Shown: piece by piece, positions 44,772-54,415 of the stretch | Position numbering within the stretch: the first letter of the stretch is position 1 | How the letters are laid out: each line of letters begins with the position of its first letter | Virus record (IMG/VR): IMGVR_UViG_3300024999_000066 | Span: 25,920 to 89,919 of that record | Reading direction: 5' to 3' (one strand) | Length of the DNA stretch: 64,000 nucleotides | From: a virus | Position numbers and translations under genes: made by a program | Notes under the pieces: generated by a model | Told to the model about the DNA's origin: nothing | Database searches by the model: none | The model's input: only the letters and a program-made list of their open reading frames with translations

Positions 44772-46958
44772 TCAATTTTCTTCGACTGCCGTAACTCGTT
44801 CACAATTCTTACCTTGTTTATCAGTTACATCCTCCGACACTGCTTCAATTAGTTTAGCTGCCTGATCAATGTAATATTTATAGTCAACTCCCCATGAGAA
44901 GTCATTAATGTTGTTGCATGTCTTTACATTCCAATCTGTGTCAATACCTAACCGTCGAACATCGCCACCTTCAACCAGTGGGGGCATAAGTTTAATCAGC
45001 TTACCACCACCTTCCTTTGCCGGATAATAGCGACAAATGTTTTGTTGGGGTACATCTTCTTCATCAACCACTAAAACCAAGCTACTACTACGAGGCACCT
45101 TCGTTCTCAACATAAAGTCAAACTTGTTTTCATGCAGGCGAATGAACTCTTCAAAGTCCGTTCCATCAATCAGGTGAGCCTTTACAGCCATAGGAATTAC
45201 CATCGCTGAATGGTTCTTGTGCCAACCAAGTTTATCGAAATCCATAAACTCATAGGCTCCTTTCAGTTTAATCTTACCTGACTCAGTAACGCTTATGTAA
45301 TTATTTACGTCTCGGATGAACATTTGGTTATAAGTATCACCTTCCATCTCAAGCTTGGTAAGCTCTTCCCACCATTTCACCCACTTATCAGCTTCTTCAA
45401 ATTGTTCAACGTCAACAATGTATTCAAAACCATCCGTGTTACACATGATAATCCGAGCATTACAATTATCAATCAGCTTTTCCATAAGCATGCACAAGGA
45501 CAACTGACCACCAATAGTAATTGCCATTGTATAAGCCGGATCAAGCAAGGGACTGAACTCGTTGTTACTATCCCCGTACACCCCGTTGAGTGCCAATTTC
45601 AGTGCTGCGTTAGCCGCTGACCCTTTTGGTTGTTGTGTACGCTGTTCGTATAAATCAGCGTACACCTTACAGAAGGTCTTACCCAAATGCTCTGGATAAA
45701 TCTGGTTAGCGATTGCCATGTTTGGGTAATAACTTTTAACGTCAAGCGTTCGAATCTTTCGCTTCTCAGTGCTACGGATTGTCCCTTGTGTTGCCCCATG
45801 AATACCACCTACGCCATAATCATAACGAAAGCCGTTAATCATAACGTTCAATGTTTCAGCTACATTCCAACACCAATAATAGCTTTTGGCTCCCTTTGGT
45901 GACTTAAGTTCCTTCTCTTCAATCCAGCCCATTGGTTGTTCTTTACGCTTCTCAGCAATAACTTCCTCAGATGGAACGTATCGTTTATTCTTTTTATCTA
46001 CAGGATCAGACAGTTTCTTTTTCTTGACAACCATTTCAGCATACTTGGCTACATCTCCAAGCTGATGCTCCATCAAATCACTGAACACACCTTTAGTCTC
46101 AGTGATAACTTGATCCTGAAACCATTTGTGTACAGCTTGAAATTCTGCCCGATCAAACTTAATATACGGAAACAAGCAATCCTTAATTACAATCTTGTCA
46201 CGTTTGGTCTGCCGTACTTCCTTACCATATTCAGTTTTCATGTAACAACTACCCGGAGCTTCCTTCTCCAATGTACGAATGAACAACTCTTTACCAATCT
46301 TGGTATCATTAAAGTTTGTGCAATCAAAGCCAAATTGTGTAGTCAGATCAGCGCGAAGCTTCAGATTCTCATAAGAATACCAATAGAACTTCAGCGTTTC
46401 ACTAACGTCGTGTTTGTTGTATTTGATTAAGACATCTTTCTGATTATCATCCAGCACAGTACCAACAGGATAAGGAAGATCCTCAATATTGGTGGAACGC
46501 ATATTGTATTCAAGCATTTTCAAAGATGTAGAACGTGCTTTGTTATCAAAGTGATGAACCTTGAACAAATCAACCTGCGGAATGACCACATCTTTCTCTT
46601 TGATTGCTGAGCCAAACTTGTTTTCTTTGCTTGAATTAATAAGCTTCATCGCAACATCATAAAGCTCTTTCGCTGTTACTTTTACTTTCTTATCAGTCCC
46701 ATGAACCTTGCGGGCTTTCTGTAAGATGTGGTGGATAACCGGATAGTCAAAGTTATTGTTATTGAATCCTACAAAACGATGACCGGCAGATTTCACCTTG
46801 CGAAAGAAGTCAAGGAGTTCTTCTACTTCATTTTTACGATCACTGATTTCAAATGCTCGCATACCCTTACCGTTCGAATAAACTGCTGCGAACGTGAAGG
46901 TGTTCGGGAAAGTTTCAATGTCAAAAACCCAATCCCCCTCAAAGAATTTCTTTTCCAA
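44772..46958 (-). CDS. family B DNA polymerase with 3'-5' exonuclease
   Basis: FDIET, GFNN..FDY, YN.HDV; DVKSYYP, KLALNGVYG, NTDG. Confidence 0.92.
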   Translation of the reverse strand: MEKKFFEGDWVFDIETFPNTFTFAAVYSNGKGMRAFEISDRKNEVEELLDFFRKVKSAGHRFVGFNNNNFDYPVIHHILQKARKVHGTDKKVKVTAKELYDVAMKLINSSKENKFGSAIKEKDVVIPQVDLFKVHHFDNKARSTSLKMLEYNMRSTNIEDLPYPVGTVLDDNQKDVLIKYNKHDVSETLKFYWYSYENLKLRADLTTQFGFDCTNFNDTKIGKELFIRTLEKEAPGSCYMKTEYGKEVRQTKRDKIVIKDCLFPYIKFDRAEFQAVHKWFQDQVITETKGVFSDLMEHQLGDVAKYAEMVVKKKKLSDPVDKKNKRYVPSEEVIAEKRKEQPMGWIEEKELKSPKGAKSYYWCWNVAETLNVMINGFRYDYGVGGIHGATQGTIRSTEKRKIRTLDVKSYYPNMAIANQIYPEHLGKTFCKVYADLYEQRTQQPKGSAANAALKLALNGVYGDSNNEFSPLLDPAYTMAITIGGQLSLCMLMEKLIDNCNARIIMCNTDGFEYIVDVEQFEEADKWVKWWEELTKLEMEGDTYNQMFIRDVNNYISVTESGKIKLKGAYEFMDFDKLGWHKNHSAMVIPMAVKAHLIDGTDFEEFIRLHENKFDFMLRTKVPRSSSLVLVVDEEDVPQQNICRYYPAKEGGGKLIKLMPPLVEGGDVRRLGIDTDWNVKTCNNINDFSWGVDYKYYIDQAAKLIEAVSEDVTDKQGKNCERVTAVEEN

Positions 46959-47003
46959 TGCAAAATCTCCTAAATTGAACGTAGGATTTTACGCCTCCTT
47001 TAA

Positions 47004-48755
47004 TCAAAAGTCAACCATGTGTGCAGGAACTTCTAGTGCTTCCACAGAAGGTGGTTCATCAAGGAACTCTTCTACATATGGGTCAGACGTTGCAAACATA
47101 TGTGTTGTAGCTCCATCATAACGCAACCATCCAGCATCACCAGTGTTACCAGTACGACGACACTTAACCAATTGCAGTTTAGTGGCTGACTTTTTAATCG
47201 GACAAGGGTTCATCTTATCACGGCTGATCAGGATAGTATTGAACGCAATTTGATTCAAAGAACTGGAACCCATTAATTGGTATTCCGTAACTGCGTGTGG
47301 GTTTTCCTCAGAAGGCTTACGCATGTGTGAGATTGCCACCACACAAGTATCTGTCTCCTTTGCAAATTTGAGTAATGTATCCATGAACTCAATGATTGCA
47401 CCGTTATCACTACTGTTCACACCAGCTTGAACTGGATCGATAACAATTACATCACAGTTCTCAGCCTTGGCGAGATAGTTGAGCTTATCAAAAATCTCTG
47501 CTGTGGAAATACTACCTTGGTGGTCAACATACACGAATTGATCTTTCTTTGCAAGGTTCTCAAAGAATCGATTCTTCAGCGCTTCAATGTCTACGTTCTC
47601 ACGATTGACAGTCCGTAAGTTCATACCAGCATCAAGCGACAACAAGTCACGTACAACCTCACGCTTTGTGCCTTCCAGATACATTGCACCAACTTTGAAT
47701 GTTGTGTTCTCGATCAATGAATATACGACGTTATTAACGATAGAGGACTTCCCGATACTTGTCAACGCACCAATGATTGTAATTTCACCCTTCTCCATAC
47801 CACCATTCATCATCTCATTAAGATGTGCCCACGATGCAGGGAAAGGAATCTTTACGTTATTGTCTTCACTTTCAAAGTCATCCCACATTTGACTCAAGTG
47901 AAGCACATCAACACGGCTAAAAGGAGTAGCTTTCCAGAAGAGTTGTTTAAGCTCTGCTGATCGACCTGTTTTAACCATGTCAGAGGCATCTTTAACGCCT
48001 TGTGGAAGCTTTGCAATGAACGCCTTACCCGGAGTTAGTAGGCGAGCAGCTTCTTCTACATACTTCTGTGCCGATTCGTCTTGATCAAACGATAGAATGA
48101 CCTTAGAAAAACTGTTGATATATTCAAAGTTAGCCTTGAACTGTTTGATGATACTACCATCACCACAAGTCACACTAACAACAGGTGTCCAGTATTCTAC
48201 ACCGTCTTTCTTTGAGTAAAGTGCTTGGGCAAATGCCAATGCATCTTCTTCTCCAGTTGTTATGACAAGGTACTTCTGACCAGCTTCAAAGACAGATTGA
48301 CCAAACAGTTCATTAGTTGCCTTTGTGCTACCAATCCCAACAAAGTCTTTAGGATTCAAACGTTTCTTAAATCCTACAACCTTACCATCAGATGTTGAAG
48401 GATAGTAACGAGCAACAACATCAAAATTGTTCTCTACTTCTGTATGTACACCATACTTAGTGCTTACTGGTTGACCAATACCACGTTCCTTCCAACCACG
48501 GAATGGAATCGCTTCAATACTCGAAAAATCTACAACTTCTGTCAATTTACTTTTCCCCTCTTTGATCTTAATCCCAACTTCTTCAAGTTGAGAATGATTG
48601 AAATAATTAGTGCAGACAAAACAGAAAGCATCATTCACTTTCTCTCCATCAATTTCCTTCTGGTACACAGCCATCCCATCAGAGGATGAACACTCATCCC
48701 CAATGCAGGAAGCATGATACAGAAGCTCTCCATCCGGTCGCTCTTGTTTACTCAC
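47004..48755 (-). CDS. primase-helicase (T7 gp4-like)
   Basis: Zn finger C..C..CFVC, TOPRIM GEEDA / FDQD, Walker A ALTSIGKS, ISHMRK, GSSSL.Q, KCR.TG.TG. Confidence 0.92.
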   Translation of the reverse strand: MSKQERPDGELLYHASCIGDECSSSDGMAVYQKEIDGEKVNDAFCFVCTNYFNHSQLEEVGIKIKEGKSKLTEVVDFSSIEAIPFRGWKERGIGQPVSTKYGVHTEVENNFDVVARYYPSTSDGKVVGFKKRLNPKDFVGIGSTKATNELFGQSVFEAGQKYLVITTGEEDALAFAQALYSKKDGVEYWTPVVSVTCGDGSIIKQFKANFEYINSFSKVILSFDQDESAQKYVEEAARLLTPGKAFIAKLPQGVKDASDMVKTGRSAELKQLFWKATPFSRVDVLHLSQMWDDFESEDNNVKIPFPASWAHLNEMMNGGMEKGEITIIGALTSIGKSSIVNNVVYSLIENTTFKVGAMYLEGTKREVVRDLLSLDAGMNLRTVNRENVDIEALKNRFFENLAKKDQFVYVDHQGSISTAEIFDKLNYLAKAENCDVIVIDPVQAGVNSSDNGAIIEFMDTLLKFAKETDTCVVAISHMRKPSEENPHAVTEYQLMGSSSLNQIAFNTILISRDKMNPCPIKKSATKLQLVKCRRTGNTGDAGWLRYDGATTHMFATSDPYVEEFLDEPPSVEALEVPAHMVDF

Positions 48756-48803
48756 ACCAATCTCCTAATCAATATTCTTCGCCACAATCTTCAAGCCTGC
48801 AAG

Positions 48804-49028
48804 CTAATTCAACTCAGCTTCACACTCCGAACACCAGTCTGAACGACTACCCTCAGCATACTCAACAGCCTTGTCTAATTCATCTTTAGACACCATTCCT
48901 TGAAACAGATATTCCAGAAAGCTATCAAGATCATAGCCGTTACAAGTCAGCAATCCTGAATAGGCTAGTGACCGAAGCTCTTCACTAGAATACTTACGAT
49001 AATCTTTAGCGATATTTACCATAGCCAT
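48804..49028 (-). CDS. hypothetical protein
   Basis: 74-aa ORF. Confidence 0.5.
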   Translation of the reverse strand: MAMVNIAKDYRKYSSEELRSLAYSGLLTCNGYDLDSFLEYLFQGMVSKDELDKAVEYAEGSRSDWCSECEAELN

Positions 49029-49143
49029 TATTTAAACACCCTATCAATAATTTCAAGATCCAGAATTACAGGCAATACGAATAACCAGCCGCTCCAACTT
49101 GACCCACAGAAATATTGCAAAGCGATGTATGAGATTACTGTGA

Positions 49144-49356
49144 TCATTCCAACACTCCCAAAACAATCTCACGATTACTCTTAAGAAACCCATAAAAGTC
49201 ATCTTTATAGGCAAAAGTTAGCTCATCATAGCGTCCAAACTCAGAATAGGCAATGTCCCATAGGCTTTCCTTTAGCTCGTGTTGGAGAGCTTCTTTCTTC
49301 GTTACAAACATGGTTCCGTCAGAGGATTTGTACATAGTTACTTGCTCAATTGTCAT
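49144..49356 (-). CDS. hypothetical protein
   Basis: YKSSDGTMF..EALQHE motif. Confidence 0.6.
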   Translation of the reverse strand: MTIEQVTMYKSSDGTMFVTKKEALQHELKESLWDIAYSEFGRYDELTFAYKDDFYGFLKSNREIVLGVLE

Positions 49357-49586
49357 CAGTAACACCCCTTACCAAATACTGCATCAGTTTTACTCGTGAC
49401 AGCCTCTAATGCCTTAAAAGAAACGTCTTCAGGGTCACTTTGACTGGTGACGTTAACACGAACGCCATTAAAAGTAAATGATACTTGTGTGTTCAAAAGT
49501 TTAGCAATCTGTACAGCATCATCACACATTTCATAGATTGCACCACAACGCCAGCCTAGGTCAACATGTCGCCATTTGCAGTTCAT
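49356..49586 (-). CDS. hypothetical protein
   Basis: 76 aa, translationally coupled. Confidence 0.6.
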   Translation of the reverse strand: MNCKWRHVDLGWRCGAIYEMCDDAVQIAKLLNTQVSFTFNGVRVNVTSQSDPEDVSFKALEAVTSKTDAVFGKGCY

Positions 49587-49876
49587 TATTTCTGCCCCTT
49601 ATAAAGTGGATCAGCCAAATAAATCTCTTCTGGTGCATCAGGCCATTCTTCACGCAACGCATCGAAGTTACCTTCATTCCAGCAGCGTAGGAATTCTATA
49701 GGTTCTTCACAATAGCCTTTACCAAGCATGTAGCTGATCACTGCATTATAAGCTGTCTCTGTCTTATTCAGCTCATCCACTGCTTCTGTGTGCAAACTAA
49801 AGAACATGTCATCATCCAGCCCACCACGTTCAACAAGATTGTGGATTTCTTCTTCACTCATTTCAAGATAGCTCAT
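49586..49876 (-). CDS. hypothetical protein
   Basis: 96 aa, FLRCWNEGNFD. Confidence 0.6.
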   Translation of the reverse strand: MSYLEMSEEEIHNLVERGGLDDDMFFSLHTEAVDELNKTETAYNAVISYMLGKGYCEEPIEFLRCWNEGNFDALREEWPDAPEEIYLADPLYKGQK

Positions 49877-50166
49877 TATTTCTTCTCCTGTAGAAAGTTA
49901 AGAATAGCTGTGTGTATTTCTTGAGCAGTCATCTTTGAAGCAAATGGATTAACTCCATTCAGCAGTAATTGTCTAGCTTTCTTCATCTCTTCTTCCAACT
50001 CCTCAATCCGAGCTTCAGCCTTCAAAGATACTTCAGCAGCGGCATGGCGTGCATCACGATGTCCTTGCCGGTACATCAAAATAGGGCTGCTACCACCCTC
50101 TTTAATAGCTTGAATCTCTTGGACCTTTTTAGTTTGAATATTCATAATATCACTGTGCAAATTCAT
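49876..50166 (-). CDS. hypothetical protein
   Basis: GHRDARHAAAE motif; GGAGAG RBS. Confidence 0.6.
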   Translation of the reverse strand: MNLHSDIMNIQTKKVQEIQAIKEGGSSPILMYRQGHRDARHAAAEVSLKAEARIEELEEEMKKARQLLLNGVNPFASKMTAQEIHTAILNFLQEKK

Positions 50167-50252
50167 ATTCTCTCCACCCCTATATTTAAATTAATCTTGC
50201 ATACACCACATACGTGTATTTGTTTCTTCGAAATGTCAGCGACATTGAGAGG

Positions 50253-51245
50253 TTAAGAAATCCTTGTAAGAATCTCAGCTTTAGCAGCCTCCTTACCACG
50301 CTCATATGCTTCACCTTCAAAGTCACTAATAGTGAGCATCCACTGTACAATCTCCATCAGTTCTGAAATAGCTTCTGAAGGTTTTAGGTTGTGAGATTCT
50401 ACATGCCATTGAATCTCTTCGTAAACACCTTGTTTGAATGTGCCGTCACCAAATGTACTCATTTTTTGACTCCTCCAAGATTTCTTCATTTGTTTCTGTT
50501 TAAGATCGTGCCAAGGTTTCCAGCCTTTAGGTTTCTCAATTACAATACTCGGAATCTTAGCAAACTCATCATACCATGTAAAGTCACTACTTTTACCTGT
50601 CAACATTGGGTTATGATACTTACCCGCAAATGTTTCTAGTCGATTGAAGCTCAAATCAATCGTGTGTTTTTCTTTAGCCTTAATTTCAATCCCAACCAAA
50701 TGAGACAACCTATTTGCTTTGACAGAAGCATACCCTTCATCTTCAGCGCTGTCAATATAAGATTTGAAAGCCTTCTTCACCAATTCTTTGCAACTATCTG
50801 TCATCTGATAACCAAGACGACGAAAGTATTTCAAAGCCCACACCCAAGCATTATATTCACGATCAATTGTGGCATTACAGTTGGAAAATCCACCAAAGAA
50901 ACCGCGATTAGCACTAGCTGGTTGCTTACTCTTGTTGTGGCCCAATTCATGGAAATACACCAACAAATCATCGATACTTTCAGGGATTACAGAGCTAATA
51001 TGTGAACCCATGTGAGTGGATGCAGACCATTTGTCTTGAATAGGGACAAATCCAAGATTATCTTTGGTAAGACGATAAGAAATGTATTCTGCAAACGAGC
51101 GACCGGCCACAGGAATAGCCGTCTTGACAGTGCGTTTCTTTGGTTTTGCAATGGTGAAATCAGGAATAGTTGCCCAACCTGTGACCGGAATCTGGTTGTT
51201 ACCGCTGCCAATCGTGATCGTAACGTCTGATGGTGTAAAGGCCAT
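50253..51245 (-). CDS. HExxH metallopeptidase-like protein, apparently fused in frame to a downstream 69-aa gene starting at 50462
   Basis: Start at 51245 after AAGGAG; YFHELGH..EYNAW; internal GGAGGAG RBS before ATG at 50462. Confidence 0.6.
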   Translation of the reverse strand: MAFTPSDVTITIGSGNNQIPVTGWATIPDFTIAKPKKRTVKTAIPVAGRSFAEYISYRLTKDNLGFVPIQDKWSASTHMGSHISSVIPESIDDLLVYFHELGHNKSKQPASANRGFFGGFSNCNATIDREYNAWVWALKYFRRLGYQMTDSCKELVKKAFKSYIDSAEDEGYASVKANRLSHLVGIEIKAKEKHTIDLSFNRLETFAGKYHNPMLTGKSSDFTWYDEFAKIPSIVIEKPKGWKPWHDLKQKQMKKSWRSQKMSTFGDGTFKQGVYEEIQWHVESHNLKPSEAISELMEIVQWMLTISDFEGEAYERGKEAAKAEILTRIS

Positions 51246-51285
51246 TTTGCTACTCCTTGTCGGGAATGTCTGTTTGATGGGGTCA

Positions 51286-51314
51286 AATCTACGCCCATTT
51301 CTCACCTCTGTCAA
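51286..51314 (-). promoter_or_regulatory. leftward sigma70-like promoter at the divergence point
   Basis: TTGACA-17-TAGATT on the - strand. Confidence 0.7.
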
Positions 51315-51370
51315 CCCTCCTCCCAACAAAATTCTCCCCAGAATCTTTGTGAATAAATTCACATCCCCTC

Positions 51371-51398
51371 TTGACTTCACCCCTTGATCTGTTATGAT
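51371..51398 (+). promoter_or_regulatory. rightward sigma70-like promoter at the divergence point
   Basis: TTGACT-16-TATGAT with extended -10 TG. Confidence 0.65.
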
Positions 51399-51442
51399 TG
51401 GCCTACATTAATTGAGGAGGGGCAGCAGAGCTGCTGGTTGTT

Positions 51443-51718
51443 ATGAATATTGAAGGTGCAAAAGTCTTGTTGAGAACTGCCTTACCATGTCCTTGGTGTG
51501 GAATCCAGCCAGTATTGCAGACTAAGCGAGTTGGTCACAGAGATGACCCAGACAGGGTTGTGTACCTTGAATGTTCTGGATGTGCTGTCTCCAAGAAAGT
51601 TTATGTGCTAGATTCCGATCAGGACAAGGCACACAAACTAGACTACCGTTATGAGACAGCAGTTGCTATTGTTTGTCTGGAAAGAGTCCTAACGGCTTGG
51701 AATATGAGGAAGAACTGA
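51443..51718 (+). CDS. Lar-like (restriction alleviation family) Zn-finger protein
   Basis: LPCPWCG..YLECSGC..AWNMR. Confidence 0.6.
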   Translation: MNIEGAKVLLRTALPCPWCGIQPVLQTKRVGHRDDPDRVVYLECSGCAVSKKVYVLDSDQDKAHKLDYRYETAVAIVCLERVLTAWNMRKN

Positions 51719-51906
51719 ATGAAAAAGAAATTTAAAATTATTGACGCATGTTCTGGAGAGAATCTTAAGCTTGGGGAGGGGAAAGCGTGATGAACAACCA
51801 AGGGATTTTCTTCCTCGTAGGAAATTTTATGGATTATGATACGTATGTCAGGAAGCTGTCTGATGTTTGTCCGAAGTATGATGTGATTTGGGTAGGAGGA
51901 GAGTGA
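51719..51906 (+). pseudogene. probable frameshifted small gene
   Basis: MKKKFKII..GEG stops early; another frame continues VMNNQGIFF..YDVIW to a TGA overlapping the next ATG. Confidence 0.4.
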
Positions 51907-52009
51907 TGACTCTACAAGAATCCCTAGAAAAACTGCATCGTTGTGTTGATGATATTAAGAAAGAATTTATTAAAGCTTTTCCCATCTTACTCCTGTTGAG
52001 GAAAAAGAA

Positions 52010-52183
52010 ATGAGAAACAAATACCCCGGCATATGCTACAGATGTGGACAAATGTGTGAGAAAGGGGCTGGACATTTTGAGAGATATAAGGGAAGCTTTC
52101 GTGTACAGCATGCTGAATGTGCTATTAGGTGGAGGAATATGAAGAATGAAACACGCACAGGTCTTGTGGATAGGGGCTTGTAG
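52010..52183 (+). CDS. small Zn-binding protein (57 aa, not in ORF track)
   Basis: MRNKYPGICYRC..HAEC; GAGGA RBS. Confidence 0.55.
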   Translation: MRNKYPGICYRCGQMCEKGAGHFERYKGSFRVQHAECAIRWRNMKNETRTGLVDRGL

Positions 52184-52256
52184 CCAGATATGTTGCACTA
52201 TCTATACGAACTATATTATCTTACTAATACAATACATATCCTAAGGAGATATATGA

Positions 52257-53630
52257 TTGACAATTAAGTTATGGAACATGAGTAGTGAAGAGAGGAAAGA
52301 AGTGATGGTGGTGTGTACTCACTTCAATATTCACTACAATAGAACAAAGAAATATGAACCTATTTATAAAGCACTTGAAGCTTCTGTTGGTGCTGGCTAC
52401 AGTAAAGAGATATGGTCTTTGATTACCAATACAGCGAGAGCTTTAAAGTATGGTGCTAAGGGTATCACAATTCCTCGCCACTTCTCCACTTACACAGCTA
52501 ATAAACAGGGTGTGAGGCCAAGAAAGATGATTTCTCTTGTTGACACGCTAGCTAATATGGGTTATCTTCTTTCGTATGTTGGCGGTGTTGTGGATTGGAA
52601 AGAGATGGATTTAATCTCAAGTCGTGTACTATTTACAGAAAAATACTTCTCTCTTTGGAAGGGTGTAGATGTATCTGATGAAAAAGAAGTGATTGATTTT
52701 GTTGAGATCAACAATCGTGAGACTAAAGAACCTAAAAGCACACGAGGTGTTAAAGGTGTTAAAGAAATCAGGCTACAGATGGAAAAATTCAATACTCTGT
52801 TGTCTGAAACACAAATTGAACACGAAGGTGTTGTATTACCTACACAGGTCTATAAACGTTCGTTCATTGACAACATTCTAACAGGTGGTCGTATGTACAA
52901 TACAGTTGGTGGTGTGCAGGTGCTGAATCAAAAAGAGAGGTCGGAATTGAAGTTAAATGGTAAAGATGTTGTGGAATTAGATTTCAAAGCTATGCACGCT
53001 TCTCTACTCTATGAACGAGAGTGGCAAGAAAATAAAGACGGTTTGGATCTGTGGATTACAACTGAATGGAATGGGGAATACAACCCTTACAATGCAGACT
53101 TGTCATTTTTAAGTGTAGATTCGCAGAAGATCGAAGAATTTAAAGTAAAATACAATATGCCTAGTTACAACCCAATTCGTAACTTGCAGAAACGAATTGT
53201 CATGGTCGGTCTGAATGCAAAATCATATCGCGATACAGTGCGAAGTGTGACCGAACACTATAAGAATGACTACGATAAACGAGATACAGAAAACGAAGGT
53301 GGTTGTGTTTATTTTGGCATTGAACCTGACTTCGACAGCAAGGGTGAGCTAGAATTCCGTGCTGGTCATTGTGTTCAAGCCGTTGCATACCATAACAGTC
53401 CGATTGCAAAGTACTTTTTCAAAGATCAGGGCGTTCATCTGCAATATCTTGACAGTGAAATCCTGTCGGATGTGATGAGTAAATTGATTATGCAAGGGGA
53501 GGTATTGCTTCCAGAACACGACTCTGTTATTGTGCTTGAAGAATTGGAAGGTGTTGCGCTACAATACATGAAAGATGCCTATCTAAAGGTGATGGGCTCA
53601 GATAAATTCTGTTACGTGGAGAAGAAATAA
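52257..53630 (+). CDS. TV-Pol-like protein (PolA / T7 RNA polymerase superfamily palm)
   Basis: GGRMY, VELDFKAMH (motif A), RNLQK (motif B), PEHDSV (motif C). Confidence 0.7.
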   Translation: MTIKLWNMSSEERKEVMVVCTHFNIHYNRTKKYEPIYKALEASVGAGYSKEIWSLITNTARALKYGAKGITIPRHFSTYTANKQGVRPRKMISLVDTLANMGYLLSYVGGVVDWKEMDLISSRVLFTEKYFSLWKGVDVSDEKEVIDFVEINNRETKEPKSTRGVKGVKEIRLQMEKFNTLLSETQIEHEGVVLPTQVYKRSFIDNILTGGRMYNTVGGVQVLNQKERSELKLNGKDVVELDFKAMHASLLYEREWQENKDGLDLWITTEWNGEYNPYNADLSFLSVDSQKIEEFKVKYNMPSYNPIRNLQKRIVMVGLNAKSYRDTVRSVTEHYKNDYDKRDTENEGGCVYFGIEPDFDSKGELEFRAGHCVQAVAYHNSPIAKYFFKDQGVHLQYLDSEILSDVMSKLIMQGEVLLPEHDSVIVLEELEGVALQYMKDAYLKVMGSDKFCYVEKK

Positions 53631-54127
53631 TGTTCAGCCTTATCAAGAAACTGTTCAAATCAGCACCAAAAGAAACTGTACAAGACAGGGTTGACGATAC
53701 CACTAAAACTATGGTAGGGGAGCCTGTCATCTCTTTTGTTCGGTGTCTGAAAGCTACACCAAAAAGGTTTAAGCTTAAGATCCACAGCCGATATGAGGCG
53801 GAATCTTCTGGTAAGTGGCCTGAGATTTACCCTTGGATGATTGATAAGCTTGAACTGCACACAGGATTTTGTTCACTGCTAGACAAGAAAGATGGCAGCG
53901 TGTATTATGCTATCGTTCACAGAGGTCAGTTTTACAGTGTGAAAGGTCTTAAGTTCTCCTTGAATGGTTGGGAATCTAAATACATTTGTGAGGCATTCAG
54001 GGATTGGCGTAAGCCTGTAATTATCCGAAGAGACAGAATTAACCAAGCTTACTGGGAACGTGAGCGGTTGGTTAAGGATATTGTCGAGAAGCAAGAACGG
54101 CTTAAGTTAATGGAGAAATTTGTATGA
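53630..54127 (+). CDS. hypothetical protein
   Basis: 165 aa, translationally coupled. Confidence 0.65.
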   Translation: MFSLIKKLFKSAPKETVQDRVDDTTKTMVGEPVISFVRCLKATPKRFKLKIHSRYEAESSGKWPEIYPWMIDKLELHTGFCSLLDKKDGSVYYAIVHRGQFYSVKGLKFSLNGWESKYICEAFRDWRKPVIIRRDRINQAYWERERLVKDIVEKQERLKLMEKFV

Positions 54128-54330
54128 CACCACTACTAATCACCCTATACATCCTAAGCATTCTCCTATGCTTCACAGGAATTATCCTGTACGAACGTAA
54201 GAAAATGTACATTGACCAAGAAGCTTTGTTTGCAATTAGTTTGTCTTCAATTGTCTGGCCTCTGTGTCTAGCTGCTCTTATCATCTTTAAGGTTTATGCG
54301 TGGTTGGAGGAGGTGGTGAACAAGAAATAA
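54124..54330 (+). CDS. small membrane protein
   Basis: Two hydrophobic segments, IVWPL. Confidence 0.6.
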   Translation: MTPLLITLYILSILLCFTGIILYERKKMYIDQEALFAISLSSIVWPLCLAALIIFKVYAWLEEVVNKK

Positions 54331-54333
54331 CCC

Positions 54334-54370
54334 AAAGCCCTCTCAAGAAACCCTTGACTGAGGGCTTTTT
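54334..54370 (+). terminator. intrinsic terminator
   Basis: AAAGCCCTC...GAGGGCTTTTT. Confidence 0.7.
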
Positions 54371-54382
54371 GACGCCTAAAAT
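54354..54382 (+). promoter_or_regulatory. sigma70-like promoter nested in the terminator
   Basis: TTGACT-17-TAAAAT. Confidence 0.65.
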
Positions 54383-54415
54383 TCTCACATCAGCCACTCA
54401 CACAGAAGCTTTCTC

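Noticed and set aside
31166-48755. Inteins or introns in nrdA, nrdB, DNA polymerase and helicase
   Set aside because: The ORFs are continuous with normal motif spacing and no intein splice motifs.
51246-51380. N-terminal extension of ORF 50253..51380
   Set aside because: It spans the divergent promoters; the RBS supports a start at 51245.
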